Positions 45,294 to 54,910 of a DNA stretch of 64,000 bases are shown piece by piece; position 1 is the stretch's first letter, and every line of letters starts with the position of its first letter. The translations under genes and the position numbers were made by a program. Under the pieces are notes generated by a model. It did no database searches. It had not been told where the DNA came from and saw only the letters and a program-made list of their open reading frames with translations. This DNA is from Chitinophagales bacterium (GTDB lineage: Bacteria; Bacteroidota; Bacteroidia; Chitinophagales; CAIOSU01). The stretch lies in the NCBI GenBank assembly GCA_018401955.1, contig JAGYJT010000009.1:1871-65870 (forward strand), in the 5' to 3' direction.

Positions 45294-45330
45294 AAAAAAT
45301 AAAGGGAGCCAGCTCTCGCTAACTCCCTTT
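45293..45330 (-). terminator. Rho-independent terminator of rpoD
   Basis: On the minus strand: AAAGGGAG-loop-CTCCCTTT followed by ATTTTTTGG. Confidence 0.7.
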
Positions 45331-45360
45331 CGGTCGAAATACAACGCTTGGTTGTTGTTC

Positions 45361-46230
45361 TTATTGGGCCAGGTAGGCCTTCAATGCATCGCACTTATTA
45401 GTTGCACGAAGCTTGTTGATTGCTTTGTCTTTAATTTGGCGCACACGCTCGCGTGTAAGTCCAAACTCCTCACCAATATCTTGCAAGGTCATAGGGTGTT
45501 CTACGCCAATGCCAAAGAAAAGTTTTAGCACACCGCGCTCGCGCTCGGTAAGGGTAGCCAAAGTACGCTCGGTTTCTTTACGAAGCGAGTCGTGGTACTC
45601 CATGCCCATATCAGTGCGGTCGGTATCGTGGTTTTCCAATACATCAAGCAAAGAGTTACTCTCGCCATCGGTAAACGGGGCATCCATTGATACGTGGCGG
45701 GTGCTAATGTTCATGGTAGCCGCCACTTCTTCTGGAGAAATTTCCAACAACGTAGCCAACTCCTCAGCGGTTGGTTCGCGCTCGTACTGTTGCTCAAGTT
45801 CGGCGAGTGCCTTGTTAATTTTAGTAAGAGAGCCTACCTTGTTTAGAGGCAAACGTACCAAACGGCTCTGCTCTGCCAATGCCTGGATGATAGATTGACG
45901 AATCCACCATACGGCATAAGAGATAAATTTGAAACCTTTGGTTTCATCAAAACGCTGTGCAGCTTTTACCAAGCCCAAGTTGCCTTCGTTAATCAAGTCG
46001 TTAAGCGACAAACTCTGGTTTTGGTATTGTTTTGCTACCGATACCACGAAACGCAAGTTGGCACGGATAAGTTTTTCCAAAGAGCGCTGGCAACCCTCAC
46101 GTATTCGTTGCGCCAAGTACACTTCTTCTTCTGCCGTAAGTAGTTCCTCACGACCAATTTCCTGCAAATACTTCTCCAGTGACTGGCTGTCACGATTGGT
46201 AATAGATTTCGAGATCTTTAGCTGCCTCAT
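45361..46230 (-). CDS. rpoD: Primary RNA polymerase sigma factor (Bacteroidota SigA/RpoD type)
   Basis: 289 aa. Regions 2-4 are conserved: [44 protein letters not shown]. Confidence 0.9.
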   Translation of the reverse strand: MRQLKISKSITNRDSQSLEKYLQEIGREELLTAEEEVYLAQRIREGCQRSLEKLIRANLRFVVSVAKQYQNQSLSLNDLINEGNLGLVKAAQRFDETKGFKFISYAVWWIRQSIIQALAEQSRLVRLPLNKVGSLTKINKALAELEQQYEREPTAEELATLLEISPEEVAATMNISTRHVSMDAPFTDGESNSLLDVLENHDTDRTDMGMEYHDSLRKETERTLATLTERERGVLKLFFGIGVEHPMTLQDIGEEFGLTRERVRQIKDKAINKLRATNKCDALKAYLAQ

Positions 46231-46512
46231 TACTGATCCGGTTTTTAGTTTTTTACTTTTTGTTAGGATTGATATTTTTTCAATGGCACTTAATAACTGT
46301 TAATCTAGCAAGTAAGTTCACCACATATAAACATTCTGATTTTGTATTATAAGGCAATACCTATAAAGCTTCTAGCCATTTTTTGTTACAAAAGTGTGCG
46401 TAAGTTACGGATATTATCTTTATTGCGCCACAAAAATTTTACAGGGCGATTTCTAAAACGCAAACCTACGGATAATATTATCTTAAGACTAGGTTAATTT
46501 TCAGCGTATTAT

Positions 46513-47544
46513 TCATTTTGTTGTAATCAACTCGGGTTTTCCGTCAAGGGGGTAAAACTGTTTAGCCCAAACCCTGTACTGGCCAACTGGTCCATCTCCG
46601 GCGGCAAGTGCCGGCGGTTGCACATAAACTTTGTTCTCCCATATTTTAAAATCTTGCCCCACATCGTTAATAAAACCTTTAAAAGCCCCTTTGCCAACTA
46701 TATTGGTGGCTACCTTGCTTGGTAAAAACACCATAAATGGTGAAACCTTGCTTGGCCTGGCAATATACTCAACAGCAAGTGCAATGCGCAAGTTTATTTT
46801 ATTGTCGCTCACCGGGGTTGATAGCACAAACTGGCGCAGGCGCAATCCCATTTTGGGTATTTCAACCTGCACAAATGAGTAGCCCAGGCCATGCACATGC
46901 ACCTCAAAGTTTGCCTTGATTTTACTAAAGTCCATGCCCACAAAATCGGCTTTGCGGGTCATGGTATACTTGCTATATAGGTAGGGGCCTTCAGTTTTTA
47001 GGGGTTCAAGGGTATCTACTTCTTCATACCCGTGTACAATGCTTAGGTGCCCAATGTCAACACTGTTTTCAGTAGTTTCTTGCGGATGGCTATCTAGTTC
47101 CCACATGGTATGTCGCAATGGCGCATACCCGCGCATATCAAGCGTTGGTATTTCCCAATCGGGCGACTCATTGGCATAGCTATGATAGATAAGTATAATC
47201 CCGTTTTTTTCTTGTACTTGGTATATGTGCAGTTTCCCATTAGGGTTGGGCCTGGTGCCGTATCCGGTTTTTACACAATCGCCTTTGGTGTTAAAGCAAA
47301 AGCCATGAAAAGGGCAGCGAATAGTTTCACCCTCAACAGTACCGCCATGCCCTAGGTGAGCGCCCAAGTGGGGGCAAAATGGCTCTGTAACGCATGCCTC
47401 GCCTTTCTCGGTGCGAAACAGTATAACTTCTTTGCCCATAAATGGGCGAGTCAGCAATTCGCCGTTTTTTAGCTCATCGCTAAAACCAAGAGCATACCAA
47501 CCATCAGGGTATGGATATAATTTATATGGTTGTACTTGTGGCAT
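46513..47544 (-). CDS. Rieske [2Fe-2S] non-heme-iron oxygenase, alpha-subunit type
   Basis: 343 aa. The Rieske motif is CPHLGAHL...CPFHGFCF. The mononuclear iron motif is ENSVDIGHLSIVH (D-x2-H-x4-H). Confidence 0.85.
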   Translation of the reverse strand: MPQVQPYKLYPYPDGWYALGFSDELKNGELLTRPFMGKEVILFRTEKGEACVTEPFCPHLGAHLGHGGTVEGETIRCPFHGFCFNTKGDCVKTGYGTRPNPNGKLHIYQVQEKNGIILIYHSYANESPDWEIPTLDMRGYAPLRHTMWELDSHPQETTENSVDIGHLSIVHGYEEVDTLEPLKTEGPYLYSKYTMTRKADFVGMDFSKIKANFEVHVHGLGYSFVQVEIPKMGLRLRQFVLSTPVSDNKINLRIALAVEYIARPSKVSPFMVFLPSKVATNIVGKGAFKGFINDVGQDFKIWENKVYVQPPALAAGDGPVGQYRVWAKQFYPLDGKPELITTK

Positions 47545-47602
47545 ATTGAGGGTTGTAAAATTACAAATTCAATAAGCGGTGCGGCAATAATTTTGCATTT
47601 AA

Positions 47603-47636
47603 AACTAAAAAAGGAGCACCGCTTGGGTACTCCTTT
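47603..47636 (-). terminator. Rho-independent terminator
   Basis: The minus strand reads AAAGGAGTACCCAAGCGGTGCTCCTTT followed by TTTTTAG. Confidence 0.7.
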
Positions 47637-47662
47637 CAAGACGATTAAATCGTGTTTTTGTT

Positions 47663-48421
47663 TTATTGAGCGGTCACAAATAAGCTACGGTGCTCTTCTA
47701 CGCTCATGTTCATAAACTCTTTCAAGGTTAAGTGTTCGTCAATTAAGCCGTTTTCTTGTGCTTCGTAAAAAAACGTTTGTGCGGTAATTGGTTTGCCTTT
47801 TCTCAATTCTTGTACCAGTTTGTCGTTACCACCAAGCCTATTTGCATCAAAGTAGCGGTAGGTGTTATCTTCAGTGATAATAAAGAATTTGCCTTTTGCA
47901 GTGCCAATTGTGTAGTTGCTGGTAGTACTGTAAGTATAAGTATTTTCTACATCAACTGATGACAGCTCAATAGCGGTTAAGGTGCTCATTACAAGCGGAT
48001 TCTGTCTATCCTCTTTGCTTACCTCAATGTATCGTTTTTCTTTATCCATAGTATTGGTCACCGAGCCAATCACCACGTCAGAAAGGTACATACCATTTAG
48101 GTTAACCACCTCAATCTCTCTGTAATCTTTTTCAGGGTTTTTGGTCGTAGCTAGGTCAGGGTAAAAGGGCTTGTTGCCCACCTGTGCTGATGAACCATTG
48201 GTGTTTGTTGTACCTGTTTTTGAGCTATTATAGTTGTCTATATTAGCATCATCACTCAGGGGTATCATATCACCTTCATAATTGGCAGTTAGTAGTAACC
48301 TTACCACCTCCGTGCGGGAATATCCTTCCACCGACGCTATCGCGTAGCTTAGATCCGCTTGTGCTACTGTATTTCCATACAGGCATCCCACAAAAGCCAT
48401 TGTTCCTAGTATCTTTTTCAT
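47663..48421 (-). CDS. Hypothetical secreted protein
   Basis: The start is taken at MKKILGTMAFVGCLYGNTVAQA (signal peptide). I recognise no family. Confidence 0.55.
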   Translation of the reverse strand: MKKILGTMAFVGCLYGNTVAQADLSYAIASVEGYSRTEVVRLLLTANYEGDMIPLSDDANIDNYNSSKTGTTNTNGSSAQVGNKPFYPDLATTKNPEKDYREIEVVNLNGMYLSDVVIGSVTNTMDKEKRYIEVSKEDRQNPLVMSTLTAIELSSVDVENTYTYSTTSNYTIGTAKGKFFIITEDNTYRYFDANRLGGNDKLVQELRKGKPITAQTFFYEAQENGLIDEHLTLKEFMNMSVEEHRSLFVTAQ

Positions 48422-48918
48422 CTCGCTCTCCACTCTTGGTTTGGTTACTTATTTTCTCTACCAAACTCAAGTCAATCTCTATGCCACGCTCTTTTTTACG
48501 GTTACGATAAACAAATGTTGCAAAAAGGGTATGAAATAATGGTGGTGTTGCTTTAGAGGCTTCACAAACCCTTGTGTGCCCTATGTTTTAGCGAATGCTC
48601 ATTTTTGTGTACGTGTCCATTTGGCGACACATATTGTGTAATTGTGCGCACAAATTAGTGGTTTTTTGGGGTGCCTGTTTACACAGCGAAAGGTTTATCT
48701 ACATATTGAGGAAATGAATACACACTATACTTAGTGGATGGTAATGCGATAGGAGCAATATATATTGAGGCATTGCAACCCAAACACTAGCAATAAGTAG
48801 GTTAGCTTAAACAACCGTGTAAAATATAGCAAGTATCTAAATAAAAAAGGGTATGCCGTTTGCTCTAACAGTAGCCAAACTTAATATCAATTGCTTTATT
48901 AAAAAACGACGGAAGATT

Positions 48919-49554
48919 ATGAAATCTGTTTTATTAAAATTGACAACCTGCATGGTCATAATATGCATGGCAGCATGTGCAACAAGCCTGATGGCTCAAT
49001 CTACATTTGGTGCGAAGGCGGGGTATACCGCTTCCACATTTAGGGGCACTGATGCTAATAACGTTGATTGGCAAAGCGGTTATGCCGGTGGCCTGTTTGT
49101 GAATATTGGCGTACTCGACTTTTTTACCATTCAGCCTGAAGTGCTCTTTAGGCAGCGCGGTGCATCCAACCAAAACGAAACCTTCAACATAAACCAAAAT
49201 GTGCGCTTAAGTTATATGGATGTTCCTGTATTGTTTAAGCTACGCATACCTATTGCCGAAACATTTTATCCGCATATATATGCCGGGCCTCAGTTTAGCT
49301 ACAACATTAGGGGAGATTATGAGATATCGGGCGGTGGTATTATTGCTGGTAGTGAGCTGGATGTTAGAAAAATTGACTTTGGAGGGGTTATGGGCTTTGG
49401 ACTTGATTTGGTTATAGATAAGCTTTTCTTGACCGCTGACTTTAGGTACGGTATTGGCGCATTAACTATTGATAAAAGTGATAATTCTGCCAGTTTACGA
49501 AATGAAGATTTATCTATTCTGCTAGGTGTCGGAGTGAACTTTGGCGGCAAGTAA
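48919..49554 (+). CDS. Small outer-membrane beta-barrel protein (OmpW/porin-family type)
   Basis: The start is moved to MKSVLLKL...SLMAQ (signal peptide). It shows an amphipathic strand pattern, with GYTAS, FTIQPEVLF and LTADFRYGIG strands. Confidence 0.7.
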   Translation: MKSVLLKLTTCMVIICMAACATSLMAQSTFGAKAGYTASTFRGTDANNVDWQSGYAGGLFVNIGVLDFFTIQPEVLFRQRGASNQNETFNINQNVRLSYMDVPVLFKLRIPIAETFYPHIYAGPQFSYNIRGDYEISGGGIIAGSELDVRKIDFGGVMGFGLDLVIDKLFLTADFRYGIGALTIDKSDNSASLRNEDLSILLGVGVNFGGK

Positions 49555-49590
49555 TTTGAATATATTAAACAACAATTAAAATATAATGTT

Positions 49591-49746
49591 ATGAGAGATT
49601 TACTATGGTTAATTGCTATCATCCTGCTTATTGGTTGGTTGGTAGGTTTTATTGGGTTCCCTTCGGCTGTAGGTGGGTTCATTCACATTCTTATAGTGTT
49701 GGCCATTATTGCTGTATTGATAAGAATTATTGGAGGGCGTGGCTAA
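49591..49746 (+). CDS. lmo0937-family small membrane protein (51 aa, below the ORF-track cutoff)
   Basis: Translated by hand: MRDLLWLIAIILLIGWLVGFIGFPSAVGGFIHILIVLAIIAVLIRIIGGRG. It has two TM helices and a GGxIHxLLV-type core, and is followed by a terminator. Confidence 0.6.
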   Translation: MRDLLWLIAIILLIGWLVGFIGFPSAVGGFIHILIVLAIIAVLIRIIGGRG

Positions 49747-49796
49747 CAGGTTTATTTGCAAACTGATTTTGAGGAGTATAGTCATCCCTTTAGTTT

Positions 49797-49828
49797 GGGC
49801 TACAGCATGAGCTGTGGCCCATTTTTTT
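49797..49828 (+). terminator. Rho-independent terminator
   Basis: GGGCTACAGC-ATGA-GCTGTGGCCC followed by ATTTTTTT. Confidence 0.8.
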
Positions 49829-49895
49829 GGCCATTTACAACATTTGGCAAGGATAAAACCTTATTATTGACAAAACCCGCTAAAACAAAACTGCC

Positions 49896-50459
49896 ATGGT
49901 AATAAAGCAAATAAGTGTTTCAGTGGCATTTGCTGCGGTGCTAATGTTAAGTATGGTATCGTGTAAAACTGCCAGTGTAACTGAGTTGCAAACGGTGCCC
50001 AAAGTGGATGTAGATAAATATATGGGCACTTGGTACGAGATTTCATCTTTTCCACAGCGGTTTCAGCAAGACTGTTACTGTACCATGGCCGAGTATAGAT
50101 TTAATGACCAAAAGGGGTATGTGGAGGTGTTGAACAGTTGCCGCAAGTACAGCCCCACCGGTGTTATTGATACTGCTAAGGGCAAAGCCTTTGTAACTGA
50201 TAAGGAAACTAATGCTAAGCTGAAAGTTCAGTTTTTTTGGCCATTTAAGGGCAAATATTGGATAATTGCCTTGGCAGATGATTATTCGTATGCAATGGTA
50301 GGCCACCCCAATAGAGAATATTTATGGATACTAAACCGCATGCCGCAAATGGAGGAAGCACAATATAAAGAGCTGGTGGGTATTGCGGCAAAATTGGGAT
50401 TTGATACGCGGCTACTGCAACGCACTGATCAAAGTTGCTTTATAAGTGGCAAAAAATAG
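49896..50459 (+). CDS. blc: Bacterial lipocalin (Blc-like)
   Basis: 187 aa. It carries the signature VDVDKYMGTWYEISSFP and the later YWILALADDYSYAMVG-type block. Confidence 0.85.
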   Translation: MVIKQISVSVAFAAVLMLSMVSCKTASVTELQTVPKVDVDKYMGTWYEISSFPQRFQQDCYCTMAEYRFNDQKGYVEVLNSCRKYSPTGVIDTAKGKAFVTDKETNAKLKVQFFWPFKGKYWIIALADDYSYAMVGHPNREYLWILNRMPQMEEAQYKELVGIAAKLGFDTRLLQRTDQSCFISGKK

Positions 50460-50480
50460 GCTTACACAGTATTGACCGTT

Positions 50481-51425
50481 TTAATTGTCGTTTTTAGTGC
50501 TGGTTTCCGTTTTGTCGATTTCTAGATGTGGCTCCTCGCGCAAAAATATGCGAACTGCGTTTTTGCTGGGCCTTATTTTGCTACCAAATATATTGGCGTA
50601 CACATAGGTTACCTGGGCCCCAAAAAAGAAAATGCTTGAAGAGTAAAATATCCAAACCATGATTACTAATACCGAGCCGGCGGCATCGTAAAGCGATCCT
50701 ACATTGCTGTTGCCTACATAATAGCCTATCAATAATTTGCCTAAGCTAAAAAGTATAGCGGTAATGGTTGCACCCACAAAGGCGTCTTTCCAGTTCATTC
50801 GGGCATCGGGCAATAGCCTAAAAATGAGGGCAATAAGCACAATGGTGATGAGCAGGGGCAACAAAAAGGATGAAATGCTGATGTACCAGGTTTCGGTAAT
50901 GGGTGTAAACTGGGCGAGCAGTTCGCCAAGGTACGATACCAAAGCATTGAGGATTAAGGATATTAGCAGTATAAAGGATAAGCTCAGCACCATCGTAAAC
51001 GAGATAACCCTATCAATGGCTATTTTCAAAATACCGATTCGTGGTTTGGCCTTAACCCTAAAAATGTGGTTTAGAGACCTTTGTATGGTAACAAACACAG
51101 TGGTTGATGCAAATACCAGCGCAATAATACTGATGCCTGTAGCCCACCATTCTTTCTGAAAAACCCCAATGTTACTGATAGTTTTCATTAACTCTTCAGC
51201 ACCACTTGCACCAACTAGGTCGCTTAACTCTTCTTGAAGCTGTACCTGAAAACGCTGTTCTTCTAAAAAAACACCGGCAATATTAATAATGATGATAAGT
51301 ATGGGCGGCAGCGAAAAAATGGTGTAGTAAGCTAGGGCCGCAGCCATATTCATGGTGTTTTCATCACCAAACTTTTCGAATGAGAGCTTTAACAGTTTCC
51401 ATATATTAACAAAGGTTTGTTTCAT
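50481..51425 (-). CDS. YihY/BrkB-family membrane protein
   Basis: The start is moved to MKQTFVNIWKLLKLSF. It has AAALAYYTIFSLPP and a 6-TM layout. The longer ORF-track start would overlap the next gene. Confidence 0.8.
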   Translation of the reverse strand: MKQTFVNIWKLLKLSFEKFGDENTMNMAAALAYYTIFSLPPILIIIINIAGVFLEEQRFQVQLQEELSDLVGASGAEELMKTISNIGVFQKEWWATGISIIALVFASTTVFVTIQRSLNHIFRVKAKPRIGILKIAIDRVISFTMVLSLSFILLISLILNALVSYLGELLAQFTPITETWYISISSFLLPLLITIVLIALIFRLLPDARMNWKDAFVGATITAILFSLGKLLIGYYVGNSNVGSLYDAAGSVLVIMVWIFYSSSIFFFGAQVTYVYANIFGSKIRPSKNAVRIFLREEPHLEIDKTETSTKNDN

Positions 51426-51555
51426 GTTGCCGCAATTTACGCTACATATCTGCCACAATATGCCACAATTGATACTTTCTTCAAAAAACAGGCACTTTTT
51501 TTGAATAGTGAAAAGTGTAGCAAGAAATTTATGAGATGGAAATAACAATATCGTT

Positions 51556-51927
51556 ATGAATTTTAAAAAAGCACTGGTAATAGATGACGAGCAAGAAATA
51601 GGCATGTTGCTTTGTGCAATGCTAACTAAACTGGGTGTGGAAACTATGTATGCAGGTAGCTTAGATAAAGGCTATGCAGTGTTTGAAGAGCTGCGCCCAC
51701 AAGTGGTTTTCTTGGATTTGAACTTGCCTGACGGCTCAGGTTTTAGCCTGGTGCCGAATATGAAAAGCGCACATCCCGCCCCCAAAGTAATAATTATTAC
51801 TGCCAGAGATGGCGCCAACGAACGCTCAATAGCCCAAAGCCTAGGTGTAGACTATGTTTTGCCTAAGCCGCTTAGCCGAAATGGGGTAATGGAAGCACTG
51901 GAGCTAGTGGGTGGCAATATAAAATAG
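51556..51927 (+). CDS. Stand-alone response-regulator receiver domain
   Basis: 123 aa. It has DDE acidic residues, phospho-acceptor D in VFLDLNLPDGSG, and conserved K (LPKP). Confidence 0.8.
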   Translation: MNFKKALVIDDEQEIGMLLCAMLTKLGVETMYAGSLDKGYAVFEELRPQVVFLDLNLPDGSGFSLVPNMKSAHPAPKVIIITARDGANERSIAQSLGVDYVLPKPLSRNGVMEALELVGGNIK

Positions 51928-52026
51928 ATTATGGGCAATTAATTCTACAATGTGTATTTTGTTTTGAGGATAATTTACACAGTGTTAAAATCGATAAAAT
52001 AAATACACCAACTAAACTGTGATAAC

Positions 52027-53409
52027 ATGGCAAATAAAAAGATATTAATAGTTGACGACGACCAAGATATTTGTGCCCTGCTAAAACGTTTTTTAAGTAG
52101 GCACGATTACGAAGCAGATACCTGCCAAAGAGGAGAAGATTGCTTACAAAAACTTACCAAAGAGAAATTCGATTTGGTGCTGTCTGATTTTAGGCTTCCG
52201 GATATTGAGGGGTTGGAGCTGCTCAAATCTATAAAAGCGATAGACGTGAGTATTCCTGTTATTATCATAACTGGCTACTCTGATGTAAAGGTGGCAGTTA
52301 CGGCCATTAAGCTAGGCGCCTACGATTATGTAACCAAGCCCATTTACCCAGAAGAAATACTGAATACTATTAAAAGTGCGCTTGCTGCCAAGGCTAATCC
52401 AACTGCTGCTCCAGCTTCGCCTGTAAAAAAATCAGCAATAGAGGCAGCCAAAGCAGGCAAAAGCACCTATGTAATTGGCGATAGTCCGCAGGCACGCAAA
52501 GTGTATCAAGAAATTGAGCTAATAGCCCCTACCAACATGTCTGTAATTATTAATGGTGAAACAGGTACGGGTAAAGAATACGTGGCCAATGAAATCCACT
52601 TAAAGAGTAAGCGCTCGGGCGCAGCGTTTGTTGCTATTGATTGTGGTGCTTTGCCTAAAGATTTGGCCAGTAGCGAGCTATTCGGTCATGAGAAAGGCTC
52701 TTTTACCGGTGCAGTTAAAGACAAAGAAGGTAGTTTTGAAATGGCAAACGGTGGTACGCTTTTCCTTGATGAGATAGGTAACCTGTCGTACGATATCCAA
52801 GTAAAGCTGCTGCGGGTACTGCAAGAAAAGAAAATAAGAAGGGTAGGCGGGGTTAAAGACATTCAGGCCGACGTGCGCATATTGGCTGCAACTAACGAAG
52901 ACTTGAAAGCGGCTGTGAAAGAAGGTAAGTTTAGAGAAGATTTGTACCACAGGCTCAACGAGTTTTCCATTGAAGTATCGCCGTTACGCAGGCGCAAGGA
53001 CGATATTTGGTCTTTTGCCCATCATTTTTTGCGCTTATCAAACGAAGAGCTTGAAAAGAGTGTACTCTCTTTTAATGATGAAGCCCGCGAAGCCTTATTG
53101 CGCTATCCATGGAGCGGTAACTTAAGGGAGCTTAAAAATGCCGTGAAGCGAAGCGTACTTTTGTGCCAAGGCGAGCAAATTGAACTTGCCCACATGCCAC
53201 CTGATGTGGTGCACTACGACCATAATGCTGCTGACCATCACCGAGATTTAGGGGGCGACCTTAAAGGTGCGGCTATTGAAGCGGAGCGCGATGCTATTTT
53301 AAAGGCACTTGACGAATGCCGCGGAAACAAGTCTAAGGCGGCAAAATTGTTAAATATTGATAGAAAAACACTTTACAACAAGCTTAAAAGCTACAGTATT
53401 ACTGCGTAG
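52027..53409 (+). CDS. Sigma-54-dependent response regulator (NtrC family enhancer-binding protein)
   Basis: 460 aa. It has a receiver domain, an AAA+ domain with GETGTGKE and the GSFTGA loop (GAFTGA variant), and a C-terminal Fis-type HTH (SKAAKLLNIDRKTLYNKL). Confidence 0.9.
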   Translation: MANKKILIVDDDQDICALLKRFLSRHDYEADTCQRGEDCLQKLTKEKFDLVLSDFRLPDIEGLELLKSIKAIDVSIPVIIITGYSDVKVAVTAIKLGAYDYVTKPIYPEEILNTIKSALAAKANPTAAPASPVKKSAIEAAKAGKSTYVIGDSPQARKVYQEIELIAPTNMSVIINGETGTGKEYVANEIHLKSKRSGAAFVAIDCGALPKDLASSELFGHEKGSFTGAVKDKEGSFEMANGGTLFLDEIGNLSYDIQVKLLRVLQEKKIRRVGGVKDIQADVRILAATNEDLKAAVKEGKFREDLYHRLNEFSIEVSPLRRRKDDIWSFAHHFLRLSNEELEKSVLSFNDEAREALLRYPWSGNLRELKNAVKRSVLLCQGEQIELAHMPPDVVHYDHNAADHHRDLGGDLKGAAIEAERDAILKALDECRGNKSKAAKLLNIDRKTLYNKLKSYSITA

Positions 53410-53432
53410 TTTTTAATTGTAAATGATTTAGC

Positions 53433-53464
53433 ACGCGCCGTGGGTTTCCTCGGCGCGTTTTTTG
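53433..53464 (+). terminator. Rho-independent terminator
   Basis: ACGCGCCG-loop-CGGCGCGT followed by a T-run. Confidence 0.8.
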
Positions 53465-53639
53465 TTCCACAGTTGTAGAGGCATTTTCACACCCTGTAGT
53501 TTCTATTGTTGGGCATCCTATTTATTTACCGTGTTGTGTTGGGCTTATAGCAGGCGTTTGCGGTAGGCAATTTTATTTTTACTGGCTTTGATGGTACTTA
53601 GGTATGGTTTTTTCACTAGTTAAGGCAAAATGACCAGTT

Positions 53640-53822
53640 ATGATTTACGAAGGTAGCAACGGAATATATAATAGCCCCGCCTTAAGTGCACAGCTTGATA
53701 AGGAGGCTAAAGAAAAACGCGATGAAATGCGCGACTTGATAAATGGTACAAAAAGAAACCCTGTATTAAAAAAGGAGCAGCATAAGCCTCACCCAAACGA
53801 ACCCAAACAGGGCAAACAGTGA
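53640..53822 (+). CDS. Possible small basic protein upstream of dps
   Basis: A 60-aa ORF ending 30 nt before dps. It is low-complexity and K/E-rich, with no family recognised. Confidence 0.3.
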   Translation: MIYEGSNGIYNSPALSAQLDKEAKEKRDEMRDLINGTKRNPVLKKEQHKPHPNEPKQGKQ

Positions 53823-53852
53823 GCATATTTTGTAAACAATAAAAAAAGTAAA

Positions 53853-54401
53853 ATGAAAGCGATTACACTAGAAAAATTGGATATAGATACTACCAAAACC
53901 TTTAAGCCCGAAGCTGGAAACGGATCTACCGTTGACCATCGCAAAACTATTGCCATGGGCTTATCGCAAGTGCTTGCGGATAGTTATAAGGTAATGTTGA
54001 AAGTGCAAAATTACCACTGGAATGTTACTGGCCCCAAGTTCTTTATGATTCATAAAATGACTGAAGAGCAGTATAACAATATATTTGCCGCCATTGACGA
54101 TTTAGCGGAGCGAATACGCGCTATCGGATATTTATCTCCGGGCACTTTTGCTGCGTTTAACAAGCTGTCGACCATTAAGGATAGTGATATGGAGCTTGAC
54201 GAAAACGGCATGTTAAAAGATTTGGTAGCATCGCACCAAACTCTGGCAATGACAGCCAAGGCTGTAGCGTTAAAAGCTGATGAGTTAAAAGATTTGGCCA
54301 CCGCCGATATGCTTACCGGCCGCATTGAAGTGCACGAAAAATTTGCATGGTTGCTTGGCAGCCTTATTGAAGAGTTAAGCCCTAAGAAAAACAGTAAGTA
54401 A
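53853..54401 (+). CDS. dps: Dps (DNA starvation/stationary-phase protection, ferritin-like)
   Basis: 182 aa. It has the ferroxidase-site pattern NYHWNVTGPKFFMIHKMTEEQY...DDLAERI. Confidence 0.85.
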   Translation: MKAITLEKLDIDTTKTFKPEAGNGSTVDHRKTIAMGLSQVLADSYKVMLKVQNYHWNVTGPKFFMIHKMTEEQYNNIFAAIDDLAERIRAIGYLSPGTFAAFNKLSTIKDSDMELDENGMLKDLVASHQTLAMTAKAVALKADELKDLATADMLTGRIEVHEKFAWLLGSLIEELSPKKNSK

Positions 54402-54421
54402 ACCCAACAAAATATAGCGTT

Positions 54422-54898
54422 ATGGAAAGCAAGAAAAAACTTAGCAAACTACCCAGCACTGCAAAAGTGGTGGGTGGCTTCGCTTTGGTTGTGGGTATCG
54501 TTGCAATCGCTTTTTACATATTTCAACGTAGGGTAGTGAATGAAAATAATACCCTTAGCGATGGTAAACCCGGCAATATTGGCGAAAATATCAATAAAAA
54601 AACATCAAACGTAGATAAAGAAGAGGTTGTTGAATGGTACGAGGCCAGTATAGCAACGCTTGAACGACGTGCTGGCGAGATGAAGAAAAAAGCTATTGAC
54701 GCTGGTGAGGATATGCAAGATGTTTACCAAACTAGCCTTGACAAAACCGAGGCAGAAATCGAAGCTTTGCGAATGGAACTTAAACAGGTGCGAGAAGCCA
54801 CAGCAGATAATTGGGATGCCTTAAAAGCAAAGATTGATGAAACGAGGGCCCGAGTTGAAGAGCAGCTGAAAAACGATTCTATTGATTACCCCTCTTAA
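54422..54898 (+). CDS. Membrane-anchored coiled-coil protein
   Basis: 158 aa with one N-terminal TM helix followed by a helical, charged C-terminal half. Confidence 0.55.
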   Translation: MESKKKLSKLPSTAKVVGGFALVVGIVAIAFYIFQRRVVNENNTLSDGKPGNIGENINKKTSNVDKEEVVEWYEASIATLERRAGEMKKKAIDAGEDMQDVYQTSLDKTEAEIEALRMELKQVREATADNWDALKAKIDETRARVEEQLKNDSIDYPS

Positions 54899-54910
54899 AA
54901 ATTTAACGAT

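Noticed and set aside
45413-46303. 161-, 82- and 124-aa plus-strand ORFs antisense to rpoD
   Set aside because: rpoD on the minus strand is unmistakable. These are shadow ORFs.
50481-51605. Long N-terminal extensions offered by the ORF track (also 16530, 28871, 30927, 43227, 45215, 48433, 48853, 16489)
   Set aside because: In each case an internal Met begins a textbook signal peptide, lipobox or conserved N-terminus. The extension is Cys/Phe-rich or overlaps the neighbouring gene, so I moved the starts accordingly.
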